Below are positions 19,388 through 27,140 of a stretch of DNA of 36,609 nt, in pieces. Position 1 is the first letter of the stretch; each line of letters opens with the position of its first letter. Source of the stretch: Thermodesulfobacteriota bacterium (GTDB taxonomy: Bacteria > Desulfobacterota_D > UBA1144 > Nemesobacterales > UBA2774). The notes under the pieces are model-generated. The model was given only the letters and a program-made list of their open reading frames with translations. It had not been told where the DNA came from and made no database searches. Location of the stretch: assembly GCA_044451425.1 (NCBI GenBank), contig JBIOKC010000003.1, forward strand, positions 1 to 36,609, written 5' to 3'. A program made the translations under genes and the position numbers.

Positions 19388-19873
19388 ATGCCGCTTTACG
19401 AGTATGAATGTGTTCCGTGCAGAAAGAATGTGGAAGACTCCTTAAAGTTGCTTGAGAAAGGAGTTACAAAGAAAGCAGTATCCGAGCTTGTAAAAAAGTA
19501 TGACAATATTAACCATATCGGTGTGCTCGATCTTGAGGAAGAAGAGGTTTTAGCCGAGCATGGTAAGCGCGATAGGGGTGCCACGGATCTGAACTTTTAT
19601 CTTAAGGACGGATCCATTCTGGTACTGTTCAACTTAAAAAGGAATTACCGATTCTCCGAGCTAATATACGAACCCGGGGATGAGAAAAAACTCAAATGCC
19701 CCTATTGCGGGACCAAGAAAATCGAGAAAGTGGTTTCGGGCTTTGCCTTTACCAGCGACCTCTCGACAGACATGCCAAAACCCGATTTAGGGAACCTCCC
19801 CCCGTCGGTCAGGAACAGGACCTTCCTGGGCGAATACATCGAAGAAAAAGACAGGCCCAAGAAAAATCGCTGA
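19388..19873 (+). CDS. FmdB-type zinc-ribbon protein with a 75-aa internal insertion (copy 2)
   Basis: GAGGGA RBS. Sequence reads MPLYEYECVPC [75 aa] YRFSELI...LKCPYCGTKKIEKVVSGF. Confidence 0.82.
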   Translation: MPLYEYECVPCRKNVEDSLKLLEKGVTKKAVSELVKKYDNINHIGVLDLEEEEVLAEHGKRDRGATDLNFYLKDGSILVLFNLKRNYRFSELIYEPGDEKKLKCPYCGTKKIEKVVSGFAFTSDLSTDMPKPDLGNLPPSVRNRTFLGEYIEEKDRPKKNR

Positions 19874-19937
19874 TTGCAGTAAAATCTTTTGTTGTAATAT
19901 TAGTCACAAACTCTTGCTCGTAATTTCCAAATGCAAG

Positions 19938-20076
19938 TTAAGGGCGGCTTAGACGTGTGTTCACCTGATAGAAGTCACTCATGAAACCCCAGCTGAAAAG
20001 GAGTTCAACCTATCGATAGCCGATCCGATGCCGGACACTGCAAACGGGCTGACGACCTAAAGAGCCGAAAGGCTGA
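19938..20076 (+). ncRNA. Candidate structured ncRNA, raiA-motif-like with apparently permuted block order
   Basis: Non-coding. Pairings GTGTTC(19957-62)/GGACAC(20033-38) and CGT/ACG, palindrome CTATCGATAG (20010-19) and GNRA hairpin AGCC-GAAA-GGCT (20063-74). The blocks GCGGCTTAGA, GAAAC..CCAGC, CGATGCC and ACGA resemble the raiA motif as recalled. No covariance-model search was run. Confidence 0.45.
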
Positions 20077-20105
20077 CAAACCCTGTACCCTCGGACGGGG
20101 CGGGG
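20076..20105 (-). terminator. Probable intrinsic terminator hairpin immediately after hisIE
   Basis: The minus strand after the TAG reads CCCCGCCCC-gtccga-GGGTACAGGG-TTTGT, an imperfect GC stem with a short U tract. It also folds on the + strand. Confidence 0.4.
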
Positions 20106-20771
20106 CTATTTATGATTACGGTATGACTCCTTGGGTTTTCCGAACCTTTTGCCTAGCTCTCCGTAAATATCCTCGGGGGTTATATCGAAATAGGATAGAG
20201 CAATAAGCGAGTGGAACCATAGATCGGCTGTTTCGTATATTAGCTCCCGCCTGTCCCCGTTCTTTGCTGCGATTATGGTCTCGCCGGCTTCCTCGCCGAC
20301 CTTTTTGAGGATATTATCCGGGCCTTTTTCGAATAGTCCGCTCACATAAGAGCCTTCGCGCGGGTTCCTCTTCCTGTCCTCGATCACATTGTACACTTCC
20401 TCCAACGTTCTGCCGCTGATTTCACCGCCGAATGTGGGCGCGCTCTTTTCGCTGCCGTCTACGGAGGTAAAGAAGCAGCTTCTCCTTCCGGTGTGACAAG
20501 CTACCCCCGTTTGCTCGACCAGTACCAGCACTGTATCGCTGTCACAATCGAAAAACATATCTTTCACTTCCTGGACGTTCTCCGACTCCTCTCCCTTATT
20601 CCAGAGCCTCTTCCTGGACCTGCTCCAGAAATGGGTTCTTTTCGTCTCTAAGGTTTTCTGCAGGGACTCCATATTCGCATAAGCGAACATGAGCACCTGA
20701 CCGTTTACCGCATCCTGAACGATAACTGGCACAAGCCCGTTCTCGTCGTACTTGATTTTATCTAAATTCAT
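20106..20771 (-). CDS. hisIE: Bifunctional phosphoribosyl-AMP cyclohydrolase / phosphoribosyl-ATP pyrophosphatase
   Basis: [35 protein letters not shown] and ETADLWFH. Confidence 0.96.
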   Translation of the reverse strand: MNLDKIKYDENGLVPVIVQDAVNGQVLMFAYANMESLQKTLETKRTHFWSRSRKRLWNKGEESENVQEVKDMFFDCDSDTVLVLVEQTGVACHTGRRSCFFTSVDGSEKSAPTFGGEISGRTLEEVYNVIEDRKRNPREGSYVSGLFEKGPDNILKKVGEEAGETIIAAKNGDRRELIYETADLWFHSLIALSYFDITPEDIYGELGKRFGKPKESYRNHK

Positions 20772-20911
20772 ATAGCTTCCTCCGTCCGCTTAATTTTAAC
20801 CAAATATCGCTTAAATTCCGAGACTTAAGTACGGGCGTTCTTTACATCCCGCTTTAGGTTACTTATAATAATGTAAACAATAGAAATATTTAATGCGGGG
20901 GTTAGTTCCAT

Positions 20912-21121
20912 ATGGCACGAGTAACTATAGAAGATTGCCTTGAGAAAGTGGTAAACAGGTTTGCGCTCTCTGTTGCCGCTATGAAAAGAGCGAAGCTGCT
21001 GGTGAAAGGGGCGCTCCCTCTTTCGGAAGAGACAGGCAACAAATATGTCGTGACGGCGCTCAGGGAAATTGCCGAGGATAAAGTAAAGGTCATTTACCCC
21101 GTCGGTCAAGACGAATATTAA
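20912..21121 (+). CDS. rpoZ: RNA polymerase omega subunit
   Basis: [17 protein letters not shown]...A.KRA..L and K..V.ALREIA. Confidence 0.93.
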   Translation: MARVTIEDCLEKVVNRFALSVAAMKRAKLLVKGALPLSEETGNKYVVTALREIAEDKVKVIYPVGQDEY

Positions 21122-21363
21122 TAACCTCTCGCTCGATTCCATCCGCATCGAATCCTTAAGGAGCCGCTACTGTTCCGAATATTATGCCGAAGCGGATATA
21201 GTGTGTGTGCGGCCTACCGTTTGACCCCATACTGATTGTTCTCCTTCCCCGAAATTTTCGTGAATATTGCCGTAATCTTGACGATAAGATATGTTTTCAA
21301 GCGCGGACTGAGTGGTTTCATTCAACCAATATAATTCCATAAACGGAGAGCGGGCTTCGGATT

Positions 21364-23322
21364 ATGCGGGTCGGAATAGATACCGGCGGGACATTTACGG
21401 ATTTCGTATTTTTTGATGGCGGGAAAATCCTTACCCATAAAATCCCTTCCACTCCCGCTGACCCCTCTCTGGCAATAATAGCGGGATTATCTCACGTGCT
21501 TGGCTCCGATCTGGCCGGTGTGGAAATCGTACACGGGACCACAGTGGCCACTAACGCATTGCTAGAGAGAAAAGGGGCGCGTATCGCGCTTGTCACGACG
21601 GCGGGGTTCGAGGATGTAATTGAGATTGGGAGGCAGAACAGAGGGGAGCTTTATAATATTTTTTGGGACCGCCCCCTGCCGCTTGTGGAAAAAGAGCTGA
21701 GGCTTGGTATAGAAGAGCGCGTCTCATTCGAGGGTGAGATATTAAAGCGGATAAGCCGGAATGACCTCGGGAGATTATTCGCGCGCTTAAAAAGGATTAA
21801 ACCCGAGGGGATAGCAATTTCTTTTCTCCACTCTTATAAAAATCCGGATAATGAGAACAAGACGGCCGTGTATCTGAATATGCTCGGCGTCCCGGTGTCG
21901 GTATCGTCTAAGATGCTTCCCGAGTTCAGGGAGTACGAAAGGACATCCACAATAGTGGCTAACGCATATCTGCTTCCCAAAGTGAAATCGTACATGGGCG
22001 CTCTCTCACGGAGCGTCTCGTCCCTGGGCGGGATGGGTGAAAGTATCTCTATAATGCAGTCGAGCGGGGGGATTATCACACCCGGGCAGGCAGCGGAGGA
22101 GCCTGTGAGGATTCTCCTTTCAGGACCCGCCGGAGGAGTGGTTGGTGCTTTCAACGTATCCCGGGCTATGGGGTGCGGGAAGGCGATGACATACGATATG
22201 GGCGGGACTTCGACGGATGTAGCCCTGTGCGATGGCGGACCGAAATTCACGACCGAAACCAGCATCGACGGAATCCCGATTAAAATACCGATGATTGACG
22301 TAACGACCATCGGCGCGGGCGGAGGGTCGATCGCTTATATCGATTCAGGCGGTGCGCTGAAGGTTGGTCCCCGCAGTGCGGGCGCTGACCCGGGCCCCGC
22401 CTGCTACGGGAAAGGCGCCGAGCCCACCGTGACAGATGCCAATCTCGCGCTCAACAGGATCAACCCCGCGCGGTTTCTGGGCGGGAGAATGAGGATCTAT
22501 CCCGGAAAATCCGAAACCGCTCTCGGCATTCTCTCTGCCGGATTAAATCTCTCTACCCGTGAGGTTGCGGAAGGTATAACAAGAGTCGCCAACGCCAATA
22601 TGGAGAGGGCCCTCCGCGTGATCTCCATCGGCAAAGGTTACGACCCGAGGGATTTCGCCCTTCTATCCTTCGGAGGTGCAGGCGGGCTTCATGCATGCGA
22701 GCTTGCGGAGAGCATGGAGATTAAAACCGTGATTTTCCCGAGGGACCCTGGTGTTCTGTCTGCGCTCGGGATGCTCATGGCCGATATGTTCAAGGATTAC
22801 AGTCTCACGTTGTTCCTGGCGGGGAAAGAAGCAGAGATTCCGGTGATAGAGAAGAATTTCAGAGCTCTCGAAGAAAGGTCGAAGACCGATTTCCACGGCT
22901 CTGAGATGAAATTCGAAAGGTTCCTGGATATGCGGTACAGAAGGCAGGCTCATGAGATTACGATTCCCTACGTGGGGGATTTCGTCCGGGAATTCCACCA
23001 TGCGCACAGGAAGATGTACGGATACATGAAGCCCGAGAGTGAAGTCGAGGTCGTGACGCTCAGGTTAAGGGCTATCGCGGGAAAGAGGGGACTCGAACTG
23101 CCGAGACTCGAAAAGAGCAAAGCGGCCGTTCGTACCGTTAAAGAAGACATAATATACGGCGGGAAGGAGATAACCGTAAACGCGTACGAGAGGCAAGGTT
23201 TCTATCCTGGTTTCAGATTTGGAGGGCCCGCGCTCGTATTCGAAGACACGTCCTCGTTGTTTCTCACCCCTGGCTACAGGTGCGAGGTCGACAGCTGGGG
23301 AAATATAGTCGCGAAAAGTTGA
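21364..23322 (+). CDS. Hydantoinase/oxoprolinase A subunit (HyuA-like, ATP-binding)
   Basis: GIDTGGTFTD, HGTTVATNALLE, SGPAGG, DMGGTSTD, GAGGGS, SAGADPGPACY and FGGAGGLHA. Confidence 0.92.
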   Translation: MRVGIDTGGTFTDFVFFDGGKILTHKIPSTPADPSLAIIAGLSHVLGSDLAGVEIVHGTTVATNALLERKGARIALVTTAGFEDVIEIGRQNRGELYNIFWDRPLPLVEKELRLGIEERVSFEGEILKRISRNDLGRLFARLKRIKPEGIAISFLHSYKNPDNENKTAVYLNMLGVPVSVSSKMLPEFREYERTSTIVANAYLLPKVKSYMGALSRSVSSLGGMGESISIMQSSGGIITPGQAAEEPVRILLSGPAGGVVGAFNVSRAMGCGKAMTYDMGGTSTDVALCDGGPKFTTETSIDGIPIKIPMIDVTTIGAGGGSIAYIDSGGALKVGPRSAGADPGPACYGKGAEPTVTDANLALNRINPARFLGGRMRIYPGKSETALGILSAGLNLSTREVAEGITRVANANMERALRVISIGKGYDPRDFALLSFGGAGGLHACELAESMEIKTVIFPRDPGVLSALGMLMADMFKDYSLTLFLAGKEAEIPVIEKNFRALEERSKTDFHGSEMKFERFLDMRYRRQAHEITIPYVGDFVREFHHAHRKMYGYMKPESEVEVVTLRLRAIAGKRGLELPRLEKSKAAVRTVKEDIIYGGKEITVNAYERQGFYPGFRFGGPALVFEDTSSLFLTPGYRCEVDSWGNIVAKS

Positions 23323-23432
23323 CGGTGAGTGCGAATAACCGGGCGTGGACAAAACGCAATAAAACATTGATATTTGGATTTATTGTGTAGGTATTGAGAG
23401 TTAATTAAGAAGGAGTAATCTTACTTACTAAT

Positions 23433-24743
23433 GTGAAAAACCCAAAAAACCTCATTCTGGGCGGCGGTGTGACCGGACTCGCTGCAGGCTGGGTCTCCGG
23501 CCTTCCCGTCTACGAGTCGGAAGCCCTGCCCGGCGGTATCTGCTCGTCATATTATCTCAGGCCCGGGAGTAGTGACCGCCTCTTTAAATCCCCCGAGGAC
23601 GGAGAAGCGTACCGCTTCGAGATAGGAGGGGGGCACTGGATTTTCGGAGGAGACCCGGCGGTGCTCCATTTTATAAAGTCCATCGTCCCCGTGAAGTCTT
23701 ATAAGAGGAAATCTTCAGTCTATTTCAGCAAATCGGGTCTTTATGTCCCGTATCCTATACAGAATCACCTTGGCTGCCTCGGAAAGGACATCGCTACGAA
23801 AGCCATAAACGAGATTGTAAACGCCTCGGACGGAACGCCCGAAACGATGGCGGACTGGCTTGAGATGAGCTTCGGCAAGACGCTTCTCGGACTCTTCTTC
23901 GCGCCGTTTCACGAACTCTACACGGCGGGGCTATGGACAAAGATCGCGCCCCAGGATTCATATAAATCTCCCGTCAATCTATCTATCGCACTCCAGGGAG
24001 CAATCGATAAAGCGCCTCCCCCGGTGGGGTATAACGTCACCTACGTTTACCCCCGAGAGGGTTTGAATACGCTTGCGCAGCGGATGGCGAGTAAGTGCGA
24101 CGTTAACTACGATAAGCGCGCTGCAAGGATAAGCGTTAAGAAGAAGGAGGTCTTTTTCTCGGACGGCTCGGGCGCTAAATACGAAAATCTCATATCCACG
24201 CTCCCGCTTAACAAGGCGGTGCGGATGGCGGGCATCAAAGTCGACGAGAAGCCCGCCGATTACACCTCGGTGCTCGTATTGAATATCGGAGCGAGACGCG
24301 GGAAGAAATGCCCGGATTACCACTGGCTCTACATACCGGACAGCGAATCCGGGTTTCACAGGGTCGGGTTTTACAGCAACGTTGATACTTCGTTCATGCC
24401 CAAATCGTCGCGGAAAGACAATGACCGCGTGAGCATATATGTGGAAAAGGCTTATCGGAACGGTAAAAAGCCCGCAGACAAAGAAATACGGGATTACTCG
24501 GACTCGGTTGTCAGGGAGCTCGGGTCGTGGGGATTCATATCGAAATCCGAGACCGTGGACCCGACCTGGATAGACGTCGCATACACATGGTCGATGCCCG
24601 GCTCAAGGTGGAAGGAGCGTGCCCTTAAAGAGCTTGAGAGTTACGGCGTATATCAGATAGGACGCTACGGACGCTGGATGTTCCAGGGCATCGCCGAGTC
24701 TATTAAGGACGGGTTTTTCCTCGGCGGAGCTTTTAGGCCCTGA
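23433..24743 (+). CDS. FAD-dependent oxidoreductase, UDP-galactopyranose mutase / PPO-like family
   Basis: GGGVTG Rossmann motif, GGHWIF, VPYPIQN, FHRVGFYSN and GRYGRW. GTG start after AAGGAG. Confidence 0.75.
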   Translation: MKNPKNLILGGGVTGLAAGWVSGLPVYESEALPGGICSSYYLRPGSSDRLFKSPEDGEAYRFEIGGGHWIFGGDPAVLHFIKSIVPVKSYKRKSSVYFSKSGLYVPYPIQNHLGCLGKDIATKAINEIVNASDGTPETMADWLEMSFGKTLLGLFFAPFHELYTAGLWTKIAPQDSYKSPVNLSIALQGAIDKAPPPVGYNVTYVYPREGLNTLAQRMASKCDVNYDKRAARISVKKKEVFFSDGSGAKYENLISTLPLNKAVRMAGIKVDEKPADYTSVLVLNIGARRGKKCPDYHWLYIPDSESGFHRVGFYSNVDTSFMPKSSRKDNDRVSIYVEKAYRNGKKPADKEIRDYSDSVVRELGSWGFISKSETVDPTWIDVAYTWSMPGSRWKERALKELESYGVYQIGRYGRWMFQGIAESIKDGFFLGGAFRP

Positions 24744-24784
24744 TCAAGAAATAGAAAATAATAAACTTTTTCCTCCTACCTGAA

Positions 24785-25087
24785 TCAATCTTTTCGAATG
24801 GAACGATTGGATCTTTCTTTTATTCTGATGAGAAAATGAAATATTCTCAAGCTTGTATTTGGTGGGAATAAATCTACAAATTTTATGATTGTTTTATCTC
24901 TTAATACAGTGAGTGCTCCTGACCAAAGTGAGAACCTGAGCTGAATGAGTTCGTTCACGCCGGCTTTTGACTTTCTAAATCGCTCATTATACCAATCGGT
25001 ATTTTTGAGCTTAGAGCTGCGTAATAGTAAGCTGTCCAGAAAATTAGTCAGTACTTCTTTTTCTACTTTAATCGGGATTTTGTTCAT
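24785..25087 (-). CDS. Hypothetical basic protein (100 aa), last gene of the glycan operon
   Basis: Its ATG overlaps the upstream HAD gene by 20 nt, it fills the gap before the convergent gene, and it is on the operon strand. No recognisable motif. Confidence 0.4.
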   Translation of the reverse strand: MNKIPIKVEKEVLTNFLDSLLLRSSKLKNTDWYNERFRKSKAGVNELIQLRFSLWSGALTVLRDKTIIKFVDLFPPNTSLRIFHFLIRIKERSNRSIRKD

Positions 25088-27140
25088 TGATATAATGTTT
25101 GGTTAAGTTCCAGCATATTACACGCTTCGCCAAATTATAACAGGTTACTATAAAAGGGATGTTGGATTTGCTCAATGACCCCTCTTTCCAGGGTATTTCC
25201 GCTAAGGATTTTCGGAATTCTCTATAATTGAGGAAATCACGGATAGAAAAATTTCTTACTATTGCTCTGATATTTTCAGAACCGAAGTCATCTGCATTTG
25301 AAAGTTGCTCGAACGCTTTTACACTCTCTGCGGTCGGGTAGCCGAGGTAAGTATTGTAGTGCTTAACTACATAGGATTTTAACTCGTTTGGGTTTATATC
25401 GAGAACACTTATCAAATTCGCGTATTCTTCGGCAAAATCAATAATTCCTCTTTGGATATTTTGAATATGAGGGATTATTATTTTCTCGTTGGTATTGTCT
25501 GCGAATAAAGGTAACACTGTTCCGTCCTGCTGTTCTTCGTAGCCGATCGTTGCTCCGTGATCGGGCCTGCACGGGAGTTCGAGGGCTTCTCTGAAAAAAA
25601 TCATTGCTCTTTCATCAGGTGTGGAATTTCTATAATCGCAAATTAAGCCTTTCTTGTTTACGGACAGATCGAAGAGGGGAGGGTTTAAGGCAAGGTAATA
25701 ACCGGTGATAGAAGGGAAATCTTCAAATTCCGAGAATGCATGTTCTATGCAGCTTTGAATCGTTCCAAGCCATCCAATATCAACGATTGCGATCCTGCCG
25801 TCTTTTGAAGAAAAAATACCTTCTTGTCTCAGGTATTTCTCTAATAACTTTCTCATTTCTCTCGAATGGTTTATTACGACATTGTTGAATTCAGGCTTTG
25901 CTATTAATGTTTTGATAGTTTTTTTTAATTTTTGATAACTGAAGTTTGTGGATGTGTCTATATTATATTTCTCTAGAATTTCATTGGCTTCCTTTGACTC
26001 TCCAAGGCCTAACCTGTCCATTACATTTTTGACACTTGTGTTATCGCCGAATATGGCCAGTTCTAATTCCCTTTTGGAGAAATTTTTTATTGAGGAAATA
26101 AAACTCGTATATCTGCTTAGATATATATAGTTCGGAGAGCCGATACCGCCCCCGTAAATTCTGTCGGAAAGGATATTAAAAATCTTCTGCAGTATAAAGC
26201 CGTCGCGGGCGACGAAGTAAAACCTTTCGATCTTTTCTTTTTGAATTTCGGTGATGAAGGAGTGAATATAGAGAGTCAAAATGGGGCCTACTATATTTTT
26301 CCCCCAGTAGTAAAATTCGCTCTCAGGAGAGTTCCTGTTGTCTTTTTGTTTTTCGGCTGACTGGAGCTTATTGATGAAGGAGTAACCTTTCCAAAAATCG
26401 GACCTATTCTCCCAGTTTTGCAGCTTTTGAAGAAGCTTGCGTCTTTTTAAATTCCATTCGTCGAATAGTAGAATAGAGTTGATACCTAACCCCTTTGGAA
26501 TAAAGTAATCGCTTATGGTGTTATCCCCGATATGGATTATTTCGTCAGGTGAAATTCCTTCGGTTTCTAATATTTTCCCAAACAACCTGCCGCTTCCCTT
26601 GTTTAATTTATATTCGCAGGAACAGTAAATCCGTTCAAAGAAATGATCTAAGCCTGCGGACTTTAGCAGACCTTCTAAAATGTCCGTAGGAAGGTAAGTA
26701 TCGGATACCGCAATGAGCTTATAATGTATTTTTAATTTCGAAAGCAAATTTTTCATTCCCGGCATGGGAGAGGTTAAAGCGTCTTCTACCTTGATTTCCA
26801 TGTCTACAAGTTTTTCTTTTACATCGCCATTGGCTCCCAAGTCCCTAGTAACGGAATCCATTATTTCCCGGATTGAACACTCGGGGTCAAACTTGTTATC
26901 CTGGGCTTCCATTCTAAGCTTTTCTTCACAATTATTCCTTAGAGTGAGCAGCTCATTTGCTGAAATATCCAGCAGCCCGGCACGCTCCACATTATTTGAG
27001 ACTATTCTTTTCACCTCATCAGGCGGGTCTATCTTTCTGATAAGTAGAGTGTCAAAGACATCGAACGACACAATTTTGACTTTATTGTCCGACCGTTCCT
27101 CTGAGAAATAACCGATTAGTTCTTCGAGATTAGTTATCAT
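25068..27140 (-). CDS. HAD phosphatase + phosphoribosyltransferase-like two-domain protein, probable glycan ribofuranosyltransferase
   Basis: N-terminal SFDVFDTLL, VSDTY, K.SG.LF and HIGDN..SD (HAD motifs I-IV). C-terminal FVARDG, YLSR and the PRPP-loop-like IVDIGWLGTIQ. It sits in a wzm/wzt locus. Confidence 0.75.
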   Translation of the reverse strand: MITNLEELIGYFSEERSDNKVKIVSFDVFDTLLIRKIDPPDEVKRIVSNNVERAGLLDISANELLTLRNNCEEKLRMEAQDNKFDPECSIREIMDSVTRDLGANGDVKEKLVDMEIKVEDALTSPMPGMKNLLSKLKIHYKLIAVSDTYLPTDILEGLLKSAGLDHFFERIYCSCEYKLNKGSGRLFGKILETEGISPDEIIHIGDNTISDYFIPKGLGINSILLFDEWNLKRRKLLQKLQNWENRSDFWKGYSFINKLQSAEKQKDNRNSPESEFYYWGKNIVGPILTLYIHSFITEIQKEKIERFYFVARDGFILQKIFNILSDRIYGGGIGSPNYIYLSRYTSFISSIKNFSKRELELAIFGDNTSVKNVMDRLGLGESKEANEILEKYNIDTSTNFSYQKLKKTIKTLIAKPEFNNVVINHSREMRKLLEKYLRQEGIFSSKDGRIAIVDIGWLGTIQSCIEHAFSEFEDFPSITGYYLALNPPLFDLSVNKKGLICDYRNSTPDERAMIFFREALELPCRPDHGATIGYEEQQDGTVLPLFADNTNEKIIIPHIQNIQRGIIDFAEEYANLISVLDINPNELKSYVVKHYNTYLGYPTAESVKAFEQLSNADDFGSENIRAIVRNFSIRDFLNYREFRKSLAEIPWKEGSLSKSNIPFIVTCYNLAKRVICWNLTKHYINEQNPD

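Noticed and set aside
18891-19647. Zinc-ribbon inserts as mini-inteins (they follow Cys and end in Asn)
   Set aside because: The +1 residues are Phe and Tyr rather than Cys/Ser/Thr, there is no penultimate His or TxxH block, and 75 aa is too short for a HINT fold.
20049-20080. Hammerhead-like CTGACGA...GAAA
   Set aside because: The segment between CTGACGA and GAAA cannot form stem II, and no stems I/III with an NUH site were found.
19938-20105. 6S RNA or c-di-GMP riboswitch interpretation of the intergenic element
   Set aside because: It lacks a convincing long closing rod with a central bubble and the zapA/ygfA context of 6S. It is not upstream of a co-oriented gene and the GEMM core is incomplete. 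Disfavoured, but not formally excluded without cmscan.
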